From Oscillospiraceae bacterium (GTDB taxonomy: Bacteria; Bacillota; Clostridia; Oscillospirales; SIG627): DNA of 64,000 nt. Positions 16,541 through 26,687 of this stretch are shown piece after piece. The notes beneath the pieces are model-generated. The model saw only the letters and a list, made by a program, of their open reading frames with translations. It searched no databases and was not told where the DNA came from. A program made the position numbers and the translations under genes. How positions within the stretch are numbered: the stretch's first letter is position 1; each line of letters begins with the position of its first letter. The stretch is taken from positions 5,038 through 69,037 of the forward strand of contig SVTV01000008.1 in assembly GCA_015063605.1 (NCBI GenBank), written 5' to 3'.

Positions 16541-17219
16541 ACATAACGAAAATCAATATGCAGAGGAAGTGGAGAAGACTTCCGAGGAATGAAAAGAGAT
16601 GGAATACGGAATGAATATACTTTACATGCATTCTTTTTCCGATCATGTAAAGAATGGCTCCGAGTGTGTATGCGATACCCCCTCCGAGAAGAAGAGCAAA
16701 TCCGTATTTACCGAGAGCCCATGCCATTTCCTGCCATGCGCATACTACGAACCAACCCATGCCGAGATATGTTATCATGGAGAAGGTCTTGTATTTTTTC
16801 AAATCTATTGAATTGAATGTTATTCCGAGAAGGGCAAAAAACCAGATGAATCCGAAAATACTCCATCCCAGCTCGGGGTCAAAGGTGCAGAGCAGGGACA
16901 CCGTGAAAGGAGTATATGTTCCCGCAATGAGAATATAAATGGAGCAGTGATCTATGATCTGAAGAACCTTCTTTGACATAAGCTTGGGGCTGAGACCGTG
17001 GTAAATGCTTGAGCATGTATATACAACTATCATGGAGAAGCCGAAAATAGCGCCTGCAACGATGCCCGGAATATTTCCGTGAAGAGCCGCTTTTATCACA
17101 CAGGCGAATATTGCGACGATTCCCATAGCTGCACCGACGATGTGGCTTGTCATATTGAATATTTCTTCTCCCTTTGTGTATGGAGGAAGCAGTCTGTCCT
17201 TAAGCTTTGTTCTTTTCAT
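16539..17219 (-). CDS. hemolysin III / PAQR-family membrane protein
   Basis: Seven predicted TM helices. The EEIFNMTSHIVGA and SSIYHG motifs are typical of the family. Confidence 0.85.
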   Translation of the reverse strand: MKRTKLKDRLLPPYTKGEEIFNMTSHIVGAAMGIVAIFACVIKAALHGNIPGIVAGAIFGFSMIVVYTCSSIYHGLSPKLMSKKVLQIIDHCSIYILIAGTYTPFTVSLLCTFDPELGWSIFGFIWFFALLGITFNSIDLKKYKTFSMITYLGMGWFVVCAWQEMAWALGKYGFALLLGGGIAYTLGAILYMIGKRMHVKYIHSVFHLFSFLGSLLHFLCILIFVM

Positions 17220-17355
17220 GATTGATTTTCCTTTTTTCTATGAACTCAATTTATATGCTGTATAAGACAACTTAACAATTATAACAAATTGAAGTTGCAC
17301 ACGGTTGACGAAAATATGATAACTCTGTGAAATAGTTGCTTTTGATATGATAAAG

Positions 17356-17387
17356 CAAAAAAAGAGCCGCTTCAAATGAAACGGCTC
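17356..17387 (-). terminator. rho-independent terminator after tsf
   Basis: On the minus strand the stem is GAGCCGTTTC/GAAGCGGCTC (one mismatch), followed by T7. Confidence 0.8.
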
Positions 17388-17412
17388 GAAACATTCAAGT
17401 GATGTTTATTTA

Positions 17413-18333
17413 TTATTTGCCTGTAAGCTTAGCGATCTCTTCTGCAAAGTTATCTTCCTTCTTTTCGAGACCCTCACCGCGCTCATATCTGTAGAAGGAT
17501 TCTACTGCGCAAGGAGCACCGATCTCTGCGGATACGCCTGCAAGATACTTAGCTACGCTGATGTTATCTTCCTTAACATAACCCTGGAGAAGGAGACAGT
17601 TTGTTTCATAGAACTTGCCGAGACGGCCAACAACCATCTTTTCGATGATGTTAGCGGGCTTTTTAGCGTTAGCTTCGTCGTTCTTTATTGTGGAAGCGAT
17701 GATTTCCTTTTCGTTCTCAACGATGCTTGCAGGAACAGAAGCTTCATCGAGGTAAAGGGGATTCATAGCAGCGATCTGGAGAGCAACGTTCTTTGCAGCC
17801 TCTGCGAAGAGGGGAGCGTCGGAAGCGGGTTCAGCCATCTTAACGATAACGCCGATAGAGCCCTTACCGTGGATATATGTGCTGAGAGCGCCTTCTACGA
17901 TTACAAAACGTCTGATGCTGATGTTTTCGCCTATTGTAAATACCTTATCCTTAACAGCTGCTTCAACTGTGAGATCATCGGAGAAGGGAAGAGCCATAAG
18001 AGCATCCATATCAGCGGGCTTATTCTTGAGGATGACCTTAAGAATATCCTGAACGAATGTACGGAATGTTTCGTTCTTAGCTGCGAAGTCTGTTTCGATG
18101 TTAACTTCGATCATAGCCGCTGTCTTGCATTCGTCGCAGTAAAGTATATCAACTACGCCTTCAGCTGCTATACGTGTGGACTTCTTTGCAGCAACTGCAA
18201 GACCCTTTTCACGCAATATCTTTATAGCTTCTTCTTCGTTTCCGTTTGCTTCTGTGAGCGCCTTCTTGCACTCCATCATGCCTATACCGGTCTTAGCTCT
18301 GAGATCAGATACCTGTTTAGCTGTGATTGCCAT
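17413..18333 (-). CDS. tsf: translation elongation factor Ts
   Basis: N-terminal UBA-like MAITAKQVSDLRAKTGIGMMECKKAL and an EF-Ts dimerisation core. Confidence 0.97.
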   Translation of the reverse strand: MAITAKQVSDLRAKTGIGMMECKKALTEANGNEEEAIKILREKGLAVAAKKSTRIAAEGVVDILYCDECKTAAMIEVNIETDFAAKNETFRTFVQDILKVILKNKPADMDALMALPFSDDLTVEAAVKDKVFTIGENISIRRFVIVEGALSTYIHGKGSIGVIVKMAEPASDAPLFAEAAKNVALQIAAMNPLYLDEASVPASIVENEKEIIASTIKNDEANAKKPANIIEKMVVGRLGKFYETNCLLLQGYVKEDNISVAKYLAGVSAEIGAPCAVESFYRYERGEGLEKKEDNFAEEIAKLTGK

Positions 18334-18380
18334 ATATATTTCCTCTCGTTTTCTGTATTATTTATAGTGTCTGCTGATAA

Positions 18381-19187
18381 TTATTCAGCGTCTGCTGCGG
18401 GAGCCTGCTCGAAAAGAGCTTCAGCTTCTTCTGCGGAGATCTCTTCGGATTCGTCTGCTTCGTTTACCTTAGCAGCTTCTTCGTCAGCGGCTTCGCCCAT
18501 CTGTTCGCCCTGATTGCCTTCGAGAACAGCGTCAGCGAGAACGGAAGCGATAAGTCTGATAGCGCGGATAGCGTCATCGTTTCCGGGGATAACGTAATCG
18601 ATCTCATCGGGGTCACAGTTTGTATCAACGATAGCAACTATCGGAATACCGAGCTTCTTAGCTTCTGCTACAGCGTTTCTTTCCTTGCGGGGGTCAACTA
18701 TAAATACAACGGAGGGAAGTCCTTCCATGTTCTTGATACCGCCGAGGTTTCTCTCAAGAGTTTCCATTTCTTTTCTGAGAGAGATAACTTCCTTCTTGGG
18801 AAGAAGTTCGAATGTGCCGTCTTCTTCGAGCTTGTGAAGGTTGTTGAGACGAGCTATAGACTTCTTTATTGTCTTGAAGTTTGTAAGCATACCGCCGGGC
18901 CAACGAGCGTTTACAAAGTACATACCTGCTCTTTCAGCTTCTTCCTTGATAGCGTCCTGAGCCTGCTTCTTTGTTCCTACGAAAAGAATTGTTCCTTTGT
19001 CCTGTGCAATTTCATGTACGAAATTGTAAGCTTCCTCTACCTTCTTAACTGTCTTCTGAAGGTCGATGATGTAGATACCGTTTCTCTGAGTGAATATATA
19101 CTCAGCCATTTTGGGGTTCCATCTTCTGGTCTGGTGTCCGAAATGAACGCCTGCTTCCAGAAGCTGTTTCATAGAAATAACTGACAT
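18381..19187 (-). CDS. rpsB: 30S ribosomal protein S2
   Basis: [19 protein letters not shown] motif, with an acidic C-terminal tail. Confidence 0.97.
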   Translation of the reverse strand: MSVISMKQLLEAGVHFGHQTRRWNPKMAEYIFTQRNGIYIIDLQKTVKKVEEAYNFVHEIAQDKGTILFVGTKKQAQDAIKEEAERAGMYFVNARWPGGMLTNFKTIKKSIARLNNLHKLEEDGTFELLPKKEVISLRKEMETLERNLGGIKNMEGLPSVVFIVDPRKERNAVAEAKKLGIPIVAIVDTNCDPDEIDYVIPGNDDAIRAIRLIASVLADAVLEGNQGEQMGEAADEEAAKVNEADESEEISAEEAEALFEQAPAADAE

Positions 19188-19299
19188 TTAAAATGTCCTC
19201 CTTAAAATTGGGTTTTTATACCACCACGTGCTCTAAACAAAAACATATTCGCAGAATACGACCCTTTTGAATAAGCACACGTGTGTGAATTACCGTAAT

Positions 19300-19328
19300 A
19301 TTATAGCAAAAAGTGCCGCAAAAATCAA
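19300..19328 (-). promoter_or_regulatory. sigma-A-type promoter for rpsB-tsf
   Basis: Minus strand: TTGATT, 17 nt spacer, TATAAT. Confidence 0.55.
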
Positions 19329-19404
19329 TAGCGATTTAAAAAAACGGCACTTTTTTACAATATTTTTCATGAAACCGTCACAATAACTGCTTCGGAATTT
19401 TTGT

Positions 19405-20346
19405 TTACAGTATCCATCCTGCCAATTGTATCATTGCGGGAAGTGTTACCATTGAAAAGAGCGTTGAAAGACCCACGCACTGAGCCGCAAGAGACGAGTC
19501 GCAGTCGTATAATTCCGCAAAGATCGCCGTGTTTGTCGCCGAAGGAACGGCACACATGGTTATCAGCATATAGGAGATGACCTCGGGCAGAGAAAGTATC
19601 TTGCATACGGCTATCATCAGAAGAGGCTGGAGAAGAAGCTTAAATGCGCAGAATATGTACACTCTTTTGTTGGTGAGCACTTTTTTGAAATCAAGGCGCG
19701 ATATCAGTGTTCCTATGATTATCATGGAAAGAGGGAAGGTAAGATCTCCCACCATATCCACTGCATCCCATAATATCCCGGGAAGCTTTATTCCTGCGGC
19801 AAAGAGTACGATACCCACGAGACTTGCGATCGTTCCCGCATTTACGAATACCTTCTTCAGTGAGGGCTTTTCAACATTTTCCTTGCCCTTTTGAAGCATC
19901 ACTATTCCGTATGTCCAAAGATAAAGATTGAACATCAGGCAGTAGAATGAGCCGTAAAAAACGCCGACACCTTCACCGAATATGGCATCGAGTACAGGGT
20001 AACCCAGAAATGCACAATTTCCGAATATTATGGAAAAGCGCATTATCTTATTCTTTTCCGCTTCCTTTTCCCATCCGAACAAAAGCTTTCCGAAAAAGGT
20101 CATGAGAATGTGTATCACCACCGACGCTCCCAATATTATAAGGGCGTTTTTGAGCTTTTCCGCTTCGAAATCCATCTGAAATGACGTGATTATGAGAAGA
20201 GGGGAGGTAATGTTTACAAGAAGTGAAGAAAGTGTTTTCGTGCCTTTTTCATCCACAAACCGCTTTTTACCTGCGTAAAAGCCGATAAGCAGTATGAGAA
20301 AAAGCATCGCAACCTTTGAAACAACAAGCGAAGGGTTTATCTGCAT
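19405..20346 (-). CDS. AEC-family (auxin efflux carrier-like) transporter
   Basis: About 10 TM helices and a two-repeat membrane topology typical of the AEC family. Confidence 0.8.
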   Translation of the reverse strand: MQINPSLVVSKVAMLFLILLIGFYAGKKRFVDEKGTKTLSSLLVNITSPLLIITSFQMDFEAEKLKNALIILGASVVIHILMTFFGKLLFGWEKEAEKNKIMRFSIIFGNCAFLGYPVLDAIFGEGVGVFYGSFYCLMFNLYLWTYGIVMLQKGKENVEKPSLKKVFVNAGTIASLVGIVLFAAGIKLPGILWDAVDMVGDLTFPLSMIIIGTLISRLDFKKVLTNKRVYIFCAFKLLLQPLLMIAVCKILSLPEVISYMLITMCAVPSATNTAIFAELYDCDSSLAAQCVGLSTLFSMVTLPAMIQLAGWIL

Positions 20347-21347
20347 ACTTTTGTGGTAGACGCTTTAACGAGAAGCTTTACAGTATTGTCAACATCGGAA
20401 ATGTCCAGCATTTCAGCCTGAGTGTGCGTGTATCTCAGAGGCACGGAAAGAGCGCCTGCAATAACACCGCCTCTTGAGGTAAGTACTGCCGAGGTATCAG
20501 TTCCGCCGGAGCTTGCCACCTCGATCTGATAAGGAATCTTATCGTCGGAGGCGCAATTCTTCATATGGTCTACCATTATGTACGAGCATATAACGGAAGC
20601 ATCCTTGATCTTGATGGCAGTTCCGCCGCCGAGCGAAAGACCGCTCTTTCCTCCGGGAACGTCTCCCGCAGGATATACGTCAACATTTATCGCATATGAA
20701 GGATCGAGAGTATAAGCCGCTGTCTTTGCTCCTCGGCAGCCTACCTCCTCCTGAGCCGTGAATGCGTAGCATACATTATAGGGAAGATCCTTCATTTCCG
20801 CTATCTGCTTTGCCGCCTCAATAAGACATACACATCCTATCTTATTATCCTGGAAGGAGCCGGAGATCCTGTTGTTGAGAAGCTTCAGTACGGGAGAGAA
20901 TACAGCGCATCTGTCGCCTATTTTGACTTTCTTCTCGATATCCTTCTTTGACTTTGCTCCGAAGTCCACATACAGCTTTTCGGGCTTAAGATCCCCTGCC
21001 GCCGTTCCCGAATCCGGAACAAGCAGACCTTTGATACCCGATTCGAATATGATGGTAGAGTATGCATATGCTGCGGAATTGATGCCGCCGAGAGGTGCGA
21101 TACGTGCCCTGCCCTTGTCGTCTATCTCCATTACCATGAATCCGATGTGATCCATATGTGCGGAGAGCATTATGCTTTCATTGGCGTTGACCGCCTTCTT
21201 TACCGCCAAAAGATTTCCCATGGGGTCAACATTTATTTCATCAACGTAAGGTTTTATAATTTCCGCTATTGCGTCAGCCATTGCGGATTCCTTTCCCGAT
21301 ACCGCAAGGACGGGATTTAATTTTCTGATAAGTTCCGATACTGCCAT
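20337..21347 (-). CDS. M42-family glutamyl aminopeptidase-like peptidase (paralog 3)
   Basis: HMDHIGF, AQEEVGCRGA and GGGTAIKIKD motifs. Confidence 0.85.
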   Translation of the reverse strand: MAVSELIRKLNPVLAVSGKESAMADAIAEIIKPYVDEINVDPMGNLLAVKKAVNANESIMLSAHMDHIGFMVMEIDDKGRARIAPLGGINSAAYAYSTIIFESGIKGLLVPDSGTAAGDLKPEKLYVDFGAKSKKDIEKKVKIGDRCAVFSPVLKLLNNRISGSFQDNKIGCVCLIEAAKQIAEMKDLPYNVCYAFTAQEEVGCRGAKTAAYTLDPSYAINVDVYPAGDVPGGKSGLSLGGGTAIKIKDASVICSYIMVDHMKNCASDDKIPYQIEVASSGGTDTSAVLTSRGGVIAGALSVPLRYTHTQAEMLDISDVDNTVKLLVKASTTKVCR

Positions 21348-21375
21348 TTTATTGTCGATCCTTTCTGTTTTAGAT

Positions 21376-22467
21376 TCAGTTGCACTTCTTGTATGATTCT
21401 TCGCCGAGGGTATCGATAAGAAGAGTCATGAGCTTCTGCATTTCGATAATATCAGATACCTTGATGGTGGAAGAGGGAGAATGTATATATCTTGCGGGTG
21501 CCGATAAAGCGATAACTCTGACACCGCTTGCCGTACGCTGCATTGCGGCAGCGTTGTTTCCTCCCGTGGCGCGAAGCTTATATTGGACCTTGATGTCATT
21601 TTTCTTTGCAGCTTCCATTACCTTATTGACTATTTCGGGCTCATAAACCGTTGCACCGTCCGCAAGGGAGATGACTCCGCCTTCACCCTGACGGCATACA
21701 ACATTCATTCCCGAAACTCCGTCAACATCTCCCGCCGTTGTGGAATCAATGGCAACACCTATGTAAGGCTTTATTTGATGAGCCGCTGTTTTTGCTCCGC
21801 GAAGTCCCGTTTCCTCCTGAACGGAGAATGAGAAATATGTATCGTAAGGAAGATCCTCCTTCAATGCATTGAGCATAAGGAAGCATCCCAATCTGTCGTC
21901 AAGCGCCTTTCCCTTGAAGAAGGAATCGTCGTCCCCGAAAAGGAATGAGTCGGAATCAAAGCAGATATGATCGCCGATCGAAACGTATTTCAATGCATCC
22001 TCTCTGCTCTCGGCACCGAAATCTATGACCATGTCCTTGATGGAGAGTATAGAGCCTGCTGCATTGCCTTTTTGCATATGCACGGGTGTCGAGGAAATGA
22101 CACCGGGAATTGCCGAATCGCCTATACGGACTCTTTTTGCGGGTAGTATTTTCGCATCCACACCGCCTATTGATTCAAATTTCAGATATCCTTCATCCGT
22201 TACTGCTGTAATTATGAATCCGACCTCGTCCATGTGGGCATCAAACTGTATGGGGCGCAACGGGTGTATTTTTCCTCGTTTGAATACTATGACGCTTCCC
22301 ATTCTGTCTATATAGAGCTTGTCGGCATATGGTGAAGCTTCGTTAATTATGATATCCTTTATCTTGTCTTCGTATCCGGAGGGACCGTCTGCATTGCAGA
22401 GACGTGCGAGAAGAGAAAGATATTCACCGTGGGTGCTTTCAATTATTTTTTTCATGTTATCTGTCAA
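21376..22467 (-). CDS. M42-family peptidase (paralog 2)
   Basis: AHMDEVGF, VQEETGLRGA and LDDRLGC motifs. Confidence 0.85.
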   Translation of the reverse strand: MTDNMKKIIESTHGEYLSLLARLCNADGPSGYEDKIKDIIINEASPYADKLYIDRMGSVIVFKRGKIHPLRPIQFDAHMDEVGFIITAVTDEGYLKFESIGGVDAKILPAKRVRIGDSAIPGVISSTPVHMQKGNAAGSILSIKDMVIDFGAESREDALKYVSIGDHICFDSDSFLFGDDDSFFKGKALDDRLGCFLMLNALKEDLPYDTYFSFSVQEETGLRGAKTAAHQIKPYIGVAIDSTTAGDVDGVSGMNVVCRQGEGGVISLADGATVYEPEIVNKVMEAAKKNDIKVQYKLRATGGNNAAAMQRTASGVRVIALSAPARYIHSPSSTIKVSDIIEMQKLMTLLIDTLGEESYKKCN

Positions 22468-23515
22468 TTAAAACGACCTCCTTTCCGGAAAATGTTCCGT
22501 TTGATGCGAATTCCGCAATTATGCCCGCAACGCTTTCCATATCGGAAAGAGAGCATATCTCAACGGGTGTGTGCATGTTCTTTAAGGGGAGAGACAATAC
22601 TACTGTCGGTATACCGTCGCAGGCTACGGCAAGATCGTGGGCATTTGTTCCCGTATGTCCGCCCGTTGCGGTTACCTGATAGGGAAGGCCGGAATCCTTT
22701 GCCGACTTTACGAGAGCATCGGATAATCTTCTTGAAAGAGTTCCGGTATATGTTATGGAGCCGCCCTTACCCATAACACAATGATGGATATCCTCGCCTT
22801 CGGGAAGCCTTGCATGATCCACGTCCACAACTATCGCCATATCGGGACGAAGGTTGTATGCTGAGGTCACAGCACCCAATGTGCCCGTTTCCTCTCTTGA
22901 AGTAAACACAGCGTAAATATCGTAATTGATCTCTTTATTCTTCAGAAGCTCCACCGCTCCTATAATGCAGAGAGCGCAGGCTCGGTCGTCGAGCCCCTTT
23001 GAATAGAATTTATTGTTTATAAGCTTGGAGGATGATGTATCAAATCCGATAAGATCGCCCTTTGATACTATTTTTGAAAGCTCCTCCTTTGTATATCCCG
23101 TATCTATGTAAAGTGAGGATATATCGGGCTTCTTTCCTCTCTGGGATTCGGGTACGAGATGGGGAGGAGCCGCGGCGACGATACCGCGTACCGTCTTTTT
23201 ACCGTATATGATAAGCTCTGAGGCGGGAAGTATACCCGTGTCTATACCTCCGACAGAAGCGAATTTTACCGATCCCTTTTCCGTGATATCCGTTACTACC
23301 ATGCCTATCTCATCGAGATGGGCATCAAGCATGAGCTTTTCCGCTTCGGGCTTGCCGCATCGCTTTATCGCTGTTACCGTTCCGTTGTGATCCGTATACA
23401 CCTCATCGAAGATGGGCGTGCATAGATCGACGAACCAATCGTGGGCTTTGTCCTCACGGCTCGATACAGAGACTACGGAAGCAAGCTCGGTCAGAAGTTT
23501 ACCGTATTCAAGCAT
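22457..23515 (-). CDS. M42-family peptidase (paralog 1)
   Basis: AHLDEIGM, SREETGTLGA and LDDRACA motifs. Confidence 0.85.
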   Translation of the reverse strand: MLEYGKLLTELASVVSVSSREDKAHDWFVDLCTPIFDEVYTDHNGTVTAIKRCGKPEAEKLMLDAHLDEIGMVVTDITEKGSVKFASVGGIDTGILPASELIIYGKKTVRGIVAAAPPHLVPESQRGKKPDISSLYIDTGYTKEELSKIVSKGDLIGFDTSSSKLINNKFYSKGLDDRACALCIIGAVELLKNKEINYDIYAVFTSREETGTLGAVTSAYNLRPDMAIVVDVDHARLPEGEDIHHCVMGKGGSITYTGTLSRRLSDALVKSAKDSGLPYQVTATGGHTGTNAHDLAVACDGIPTVVLSLPLKNMHTPVEICSLSDMESVAGIIAEFASNGTFSGKEVVLIDR

Positions 23516-23607
23516 ATTTATAACCGTTCCTTTCGTGCTGATCTGTGTCCGAAAGCATGATTTCGGACTTTTGGAAGATTCCCTTTGAAATAGTGTTTAG
23601 TGTTTTG

Positions 23608-25059
23608 TTATCTTCTTTCGGAAGAAATGATATGGGAAACGAGCTTTTTGAAAACATGAGCACGTTCCTCGAAGTTTTTGAACATATCGAAGCTTGCGCT
23701 TGCGGGAGAGAGAACTACCTTGTCGCCCTCTGTGGCATTATTGTAAGCTGTTCTTACCGCTTCCTCAAAGTCGGATGCTCTGTAAAGAATTATTTTGTCC
23801 TTATTTCCTTCGAAATTATCTGCGTTTACAATGGCGGAATGTATCTTTTCGGAGGTCTGACCGCACATTACACATACCTTTACCTTTTCGCAGATAAGCT
23901 TTCCGAGAGATTCATAAGAAAGATTCTTATCGTATCCGCCGCATATCAGTACTATTCTGCCGTCAAAGCTGTTGAGCGCCGCCGTAGTTCTTGCCGGACT
24001 TGTATCAATGGAGCTGTTATAGAATTTTATTCCGTTTATCTCTCCGCACAGCTCCATTCTGTGCTCCACGCCTCCGAAGGATGAAGCAACATCAAGGCAG
24101 ACCTTGTCCGTAACCTCGCCGTATACGGCACACATTGATGCCATAAGATTTTCGCAGTTATGCTTTCCGGGTAAAAGAAGCTCAGTACGGTCGAAAAGCT
24201 TTGTGATGCTTTTCTTTTCTTTTCTGTAGAAAGCTCCGTTTTCAAGAAAGATACCGTCGCCGTCAAAATTGTTGCCCTCCGATGAGAAATAACGCACCTT
24301 TCCGGGAATATCGGCGGCGAATTCCTTCACCACGGGATCGCATGCGTTTATTACGCAAACAGAGCCTTTGTTCTGAAATTTGAATATATTCTTCTTGGAT
24401 TCAATATATTCGTCCATATCCGTGTGCCAATCAAGATGATTTTCCGAGATATTGGTCACGATGCATATATCGGGAGAAACGTCGAAATCCATGAGTTGAA
24501 AGCTTGAAAGCTCACATACCGCTATATCGTTTTCTTTCATTTCCCCGATGAGAGGGAGAAGAGGGCGTCCTATATTTCCGCCGAGAAAAACATTTTTTCC
24601 GTCGGCTTCAAGAAATTTCGAAACGAGAGTCGTTGTGGTGGTCTTTCCGGCACTTCCCGTTATGGCGATGGTCTTGCAGGGACAGTATTTGATGAAAAGC
24701 TCCGTTTCACCGCATACGATCGAGCCGTTTTTACGTGCTTCTTCGAATTCTTCTTTATCGGGACGTATTCCCGGTGTACGTATTATTATATCTTCGTTGA
24801 GTCTTGAGAGATATCCTTCTCCGCTTACGATCTCAACACCCATGTCGGAAAATTTGTATTTTGCCGCTGTTTCACTGATATCCTTCTTGTCTCTTGCACT
24901 TATCTTTGATGCTCCGAGATAGTGGAGAAGGGAGATGAGAGGTGCGTTGGATACGCCGATACCTATTACGGCTGCCGATCGGCCTTTAACAAATTCACCC
25001 AGAGCTTCTATTCCCGTTTTCGATCTCTTTTCGCTACTTTTCGAAAAATTACTTTTCAT
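23608..25059 (-). CDS. murD: UDP-N-acetylmuramoylalanine--D-glutamate ligase
   Basis: GITGSAGKTTTTTL P-loop and Mur ligase middle and C-terminal domains. The true start is ATG 25059 with GGAGG 5 nt upstream. The listed 605-aa ORF is an upstream over-extension. Confidence 0.9.
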   Translation of the reverse strand: MKSNFSKSSEKRSKTGIEALGEFVKGRSAAVIGIGVSNAPLISLLHYLGASKISARDKKDISETAAKYKFSDMGVEIVSGEGYLSRLNEDIIIRTPGIRPDKEEFEEARKNGSIVCGETELFIKYCPCKTIAITGSAGKTTTTTLVSKFLEADGKNVFLGGNIGRPLLPLIGEMKENDIAVCELSSFQLMDFDVSPDICIVTNISENHLDWHTDMDEYIESKKNIFKFQNKGSVCVINACDPVVKEFAADIPGKVRYFSSEGNNFDGDGIFLENGAFYRKEKKSITKLFDRTELLLPGKHNCENLMASMCAVYGEVTDKVCLDVASSFGGVEHRMELCGEINGIKFYNSSIDTSPARTTAALNSFDGRIVLICGGYDKNLSYESLGKLICEKVKVCVMCGQTSEKIHSAIVNADNFEGNKDKIILYRASDFEEAVRTAYNNATEGDKVVLSPASASFDMFKNFEERAHVFKKLVSHIISSERR

Positions 25060-25236
25060 AAAGCCTCCAATGATGCTTTTTTGTTGCAATAGGATAAAAT
25101 CATCCTTGGAATAAAATATCCTCAGAAAAATATCCTTTCGGGATAATTTTATCCGCCGAATGTATAATATATTATATAATATTATATAACGGCGGAAAAA
25201 AATAATCAAGTATCTCTTAAAAATATCTGTAAGTAT

Positions 25237-25265
25237 TTGACAAACTGAGAAAAATGAGATATAAT
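25237..25265 (+). promoter_or_regulatory. consensus sigma-A promoter for rnpB
   Basis: TTGACA, 17 nt spacer, TATAAT. Confidence 0.65.
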
Positions 25266-25286
25266 GTATAATGTGATAACTTTTAT

Positions 25287-25659
25287 ATAACCGCACGGTG
25301 CGGTCGCGCGCAGAGGACGAAAGCAATCTGTGTGAGGAAAGTCCGGGCTTCACAGGGCATGGATAGTGGGTAACGCCCACCGAAGGCGACTTTAGGGAAA
25401 GTGCAACAGAGATATACCGCCGCATGAAAATGCGGTAAGGGTGGAAAGGCGAGGTAAGAGCTCACCGGCATCTGCGGGGACGCAGGTGTCCTGTAAACCC
25501 TATCCGAAAGCAACACCGTATAAAAGGCGGCAGACGAAAGTCTGCAATGTTTGCCCGACAGCCTTAAAGGTGGCATGAAGCTTGCGGCGACGTAAGCTCA
25601 AGACAGATGATCGCAGTCGTTTTATAACGGCACAGAACCCGGCTTACAAGTGCGGTTAT
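25287..25659 (+). ncRNA. rnpB: RNase P RNA (bacterial, class-A-like)
   Basis: The P1 helix pairs TAACCGCAC with GTGCGGTTA. Universal blocks are present: GAGGAAAGTCCGGGC, GGTAACGCC, GGAAAGTGCAACAGA, ATACCGCC, AGACAGATGAT and ACAGAACCCGGCTTA. Confidence 0.9.
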
Positions 25660-25746
25660 GTTATTACATTTAAGATTCGTGTATTCGGTACGGTAAAGTC
25701 GGTTATGCATTCCGACACAAAAAAGTAAAATTAAGGAGTAACGGCT

Positions 25747-26004
25747 ATGAAAGACAATGAACGTTCAACAATAACCTTCGAGCTGCACAGAAAAAAAGCC
25801 AACGTGATCAAGGAAACGATGACAACGGTATATGAGGCTCTCGTGGAAAAGGGATACGATCAGCCTATAGATCAGATCGTGGGATACATTCTTTCCGAGG
25901 ATCCCACATATATCACAAGTCATAATAAGGCGCGCACGCTCATCAGTAAGATCGACAGAGATGAGCTTCTTCGTCAGCTCCTGATAAACTATCTCGGTAA
26001 ATAA
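25747..26004 (+). CDS. IreB-family regulatory phosphoprotein (UPF0297)
   Basis: [36 protein letters not shown] is a family-typical sequence. Confidence 0.8.
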   Translation: MKDNERSTITFELHRKKANVIKETMTTVYEALVEKGYDQPIDQIVGYILSEDPTYITSHNKARTLISKIDRDELLRQLLINYLGK

Positions 26005-26101
26005 TTCTTTGACTGCCGCCGGCAGTCATATTATTGCTGTAAAAATGCACAGCTGCGAAATAGTATTCGCATGAAGTTTTTGAGAAAGGAACAGTTACGA
26101 A

Positions 26102-26380
26102 ATGGCAAATTATGTAGAGGATTATAAGTTGTTCAGGGACAGACCTTTGGTGAAAAACGGAAGTATCATGTGCTACGGCGATCCCGCTCAGGGAGTAGTT
26201 GCCGTATTTACGATACTTACAACAAAGGAATTTAAGGGTAAGGATATACCTGATCTTATTTTTATTCAGGTAATAGATACAAAAACAAATGACGTGCTGA
26301 AGCAGGCGGAAAGAAACGGCTTGTACAATGCCTTGGATCTCGGCTCCGTATGGCTCGAAAGAGAATTGAAAAAGAGCTGA
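26102..26380 (+). CDS. hypothetical small protein
   Basis: A 92-aa ORF with an RBS-like GAAAGGA upstream. I recognised no family. Confidence 0.4.
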   Translation: MANYVEDYKLFRDRPLVKNGSIMCYGDPAQGVVAVFTILTTKEFKGKDIPDLIFIQVIDTKTNDVLKQAERNGLYNALDLGSVWLERELKKS

Positions 26381-26420
26381 GGGATATATAACGAAATTCG
26401 ATATTTCCCGTTAAGGAGAG

Positions 26421-26630
26421 ATGCCGTTGAACAGTATATTGAAGATCGAAGAGGGCGATAAGGTCATTATGAGAAAGCAGCACCCTTGCGGAAACAGTGA
26501 GTTTCTGATAGTACGCTTGGGAAGCGATGTAAAGCTGATGTGCATAAAGTGCGGAAGGTATGTGGAGCTGCCCAGAGTGAAGGCTGAAAAGCAGATAAGA
26601 TCGATAGTTGAAAAAGATGCGGAGGCGTAA
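26421..26630 (+). CDS. DUF951-family small zinc-ribbon-like protein
   Basis: HPCG...CIKCG pattern and a size typical of DUF951. The exact start is uncertain. Confidence 0.7.
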   Translation: MPLNSILKIEEGDKVIMRKQHPCGNSEFLIVRLGSDVKLMCIKCGRYVELPRVKAEKQIRSIVEKDAEA

Positions 26631-26687
26631 AGCTCCGCAGGAAAGTTAAGGAAGCTTCCGAATTGAAAGAAGCTATGGAAACAGCAG

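Noticed and set aside
19311-19352. AAGTGCCG...CGGCACTT inverted repeat as a terminator for the AEC transporter gene.
   Set aside because: The 26-nt loop contains the rpsB -35 element. It is not a convincing intrinsic terminator.
23547-23572. Hairpin GTCCGAAA-gcatga-TTTCGGAC followed by TTTT, considered as the murD terminator. It shares the GTCCGAAA arm with the terminator at 40658.
   Set aside because: The U-tract is on the plus strand while both flanking genes are on the minus strand. The similarity to 40658 is short and could be chance.
25153-25195. CCGCCG...CGGCGG inverted repeat enclosing (TATAAT-like)n sequence upstream of murD.
   Set aside because: It is most simply an AT-rich divergent promoter region. 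I could assign no specific function from sequence.
25060-25425. N-terminal 122 codons of the listed 605-aa minus-strand ORF (23608-25425).
   Set aside because: The extension runs through an AT-rich promoter region and antisense into rnpB. It has low-complexity composition. A strong internal start (ATG 25059 with GGAGG) gives a normal-length MurD.
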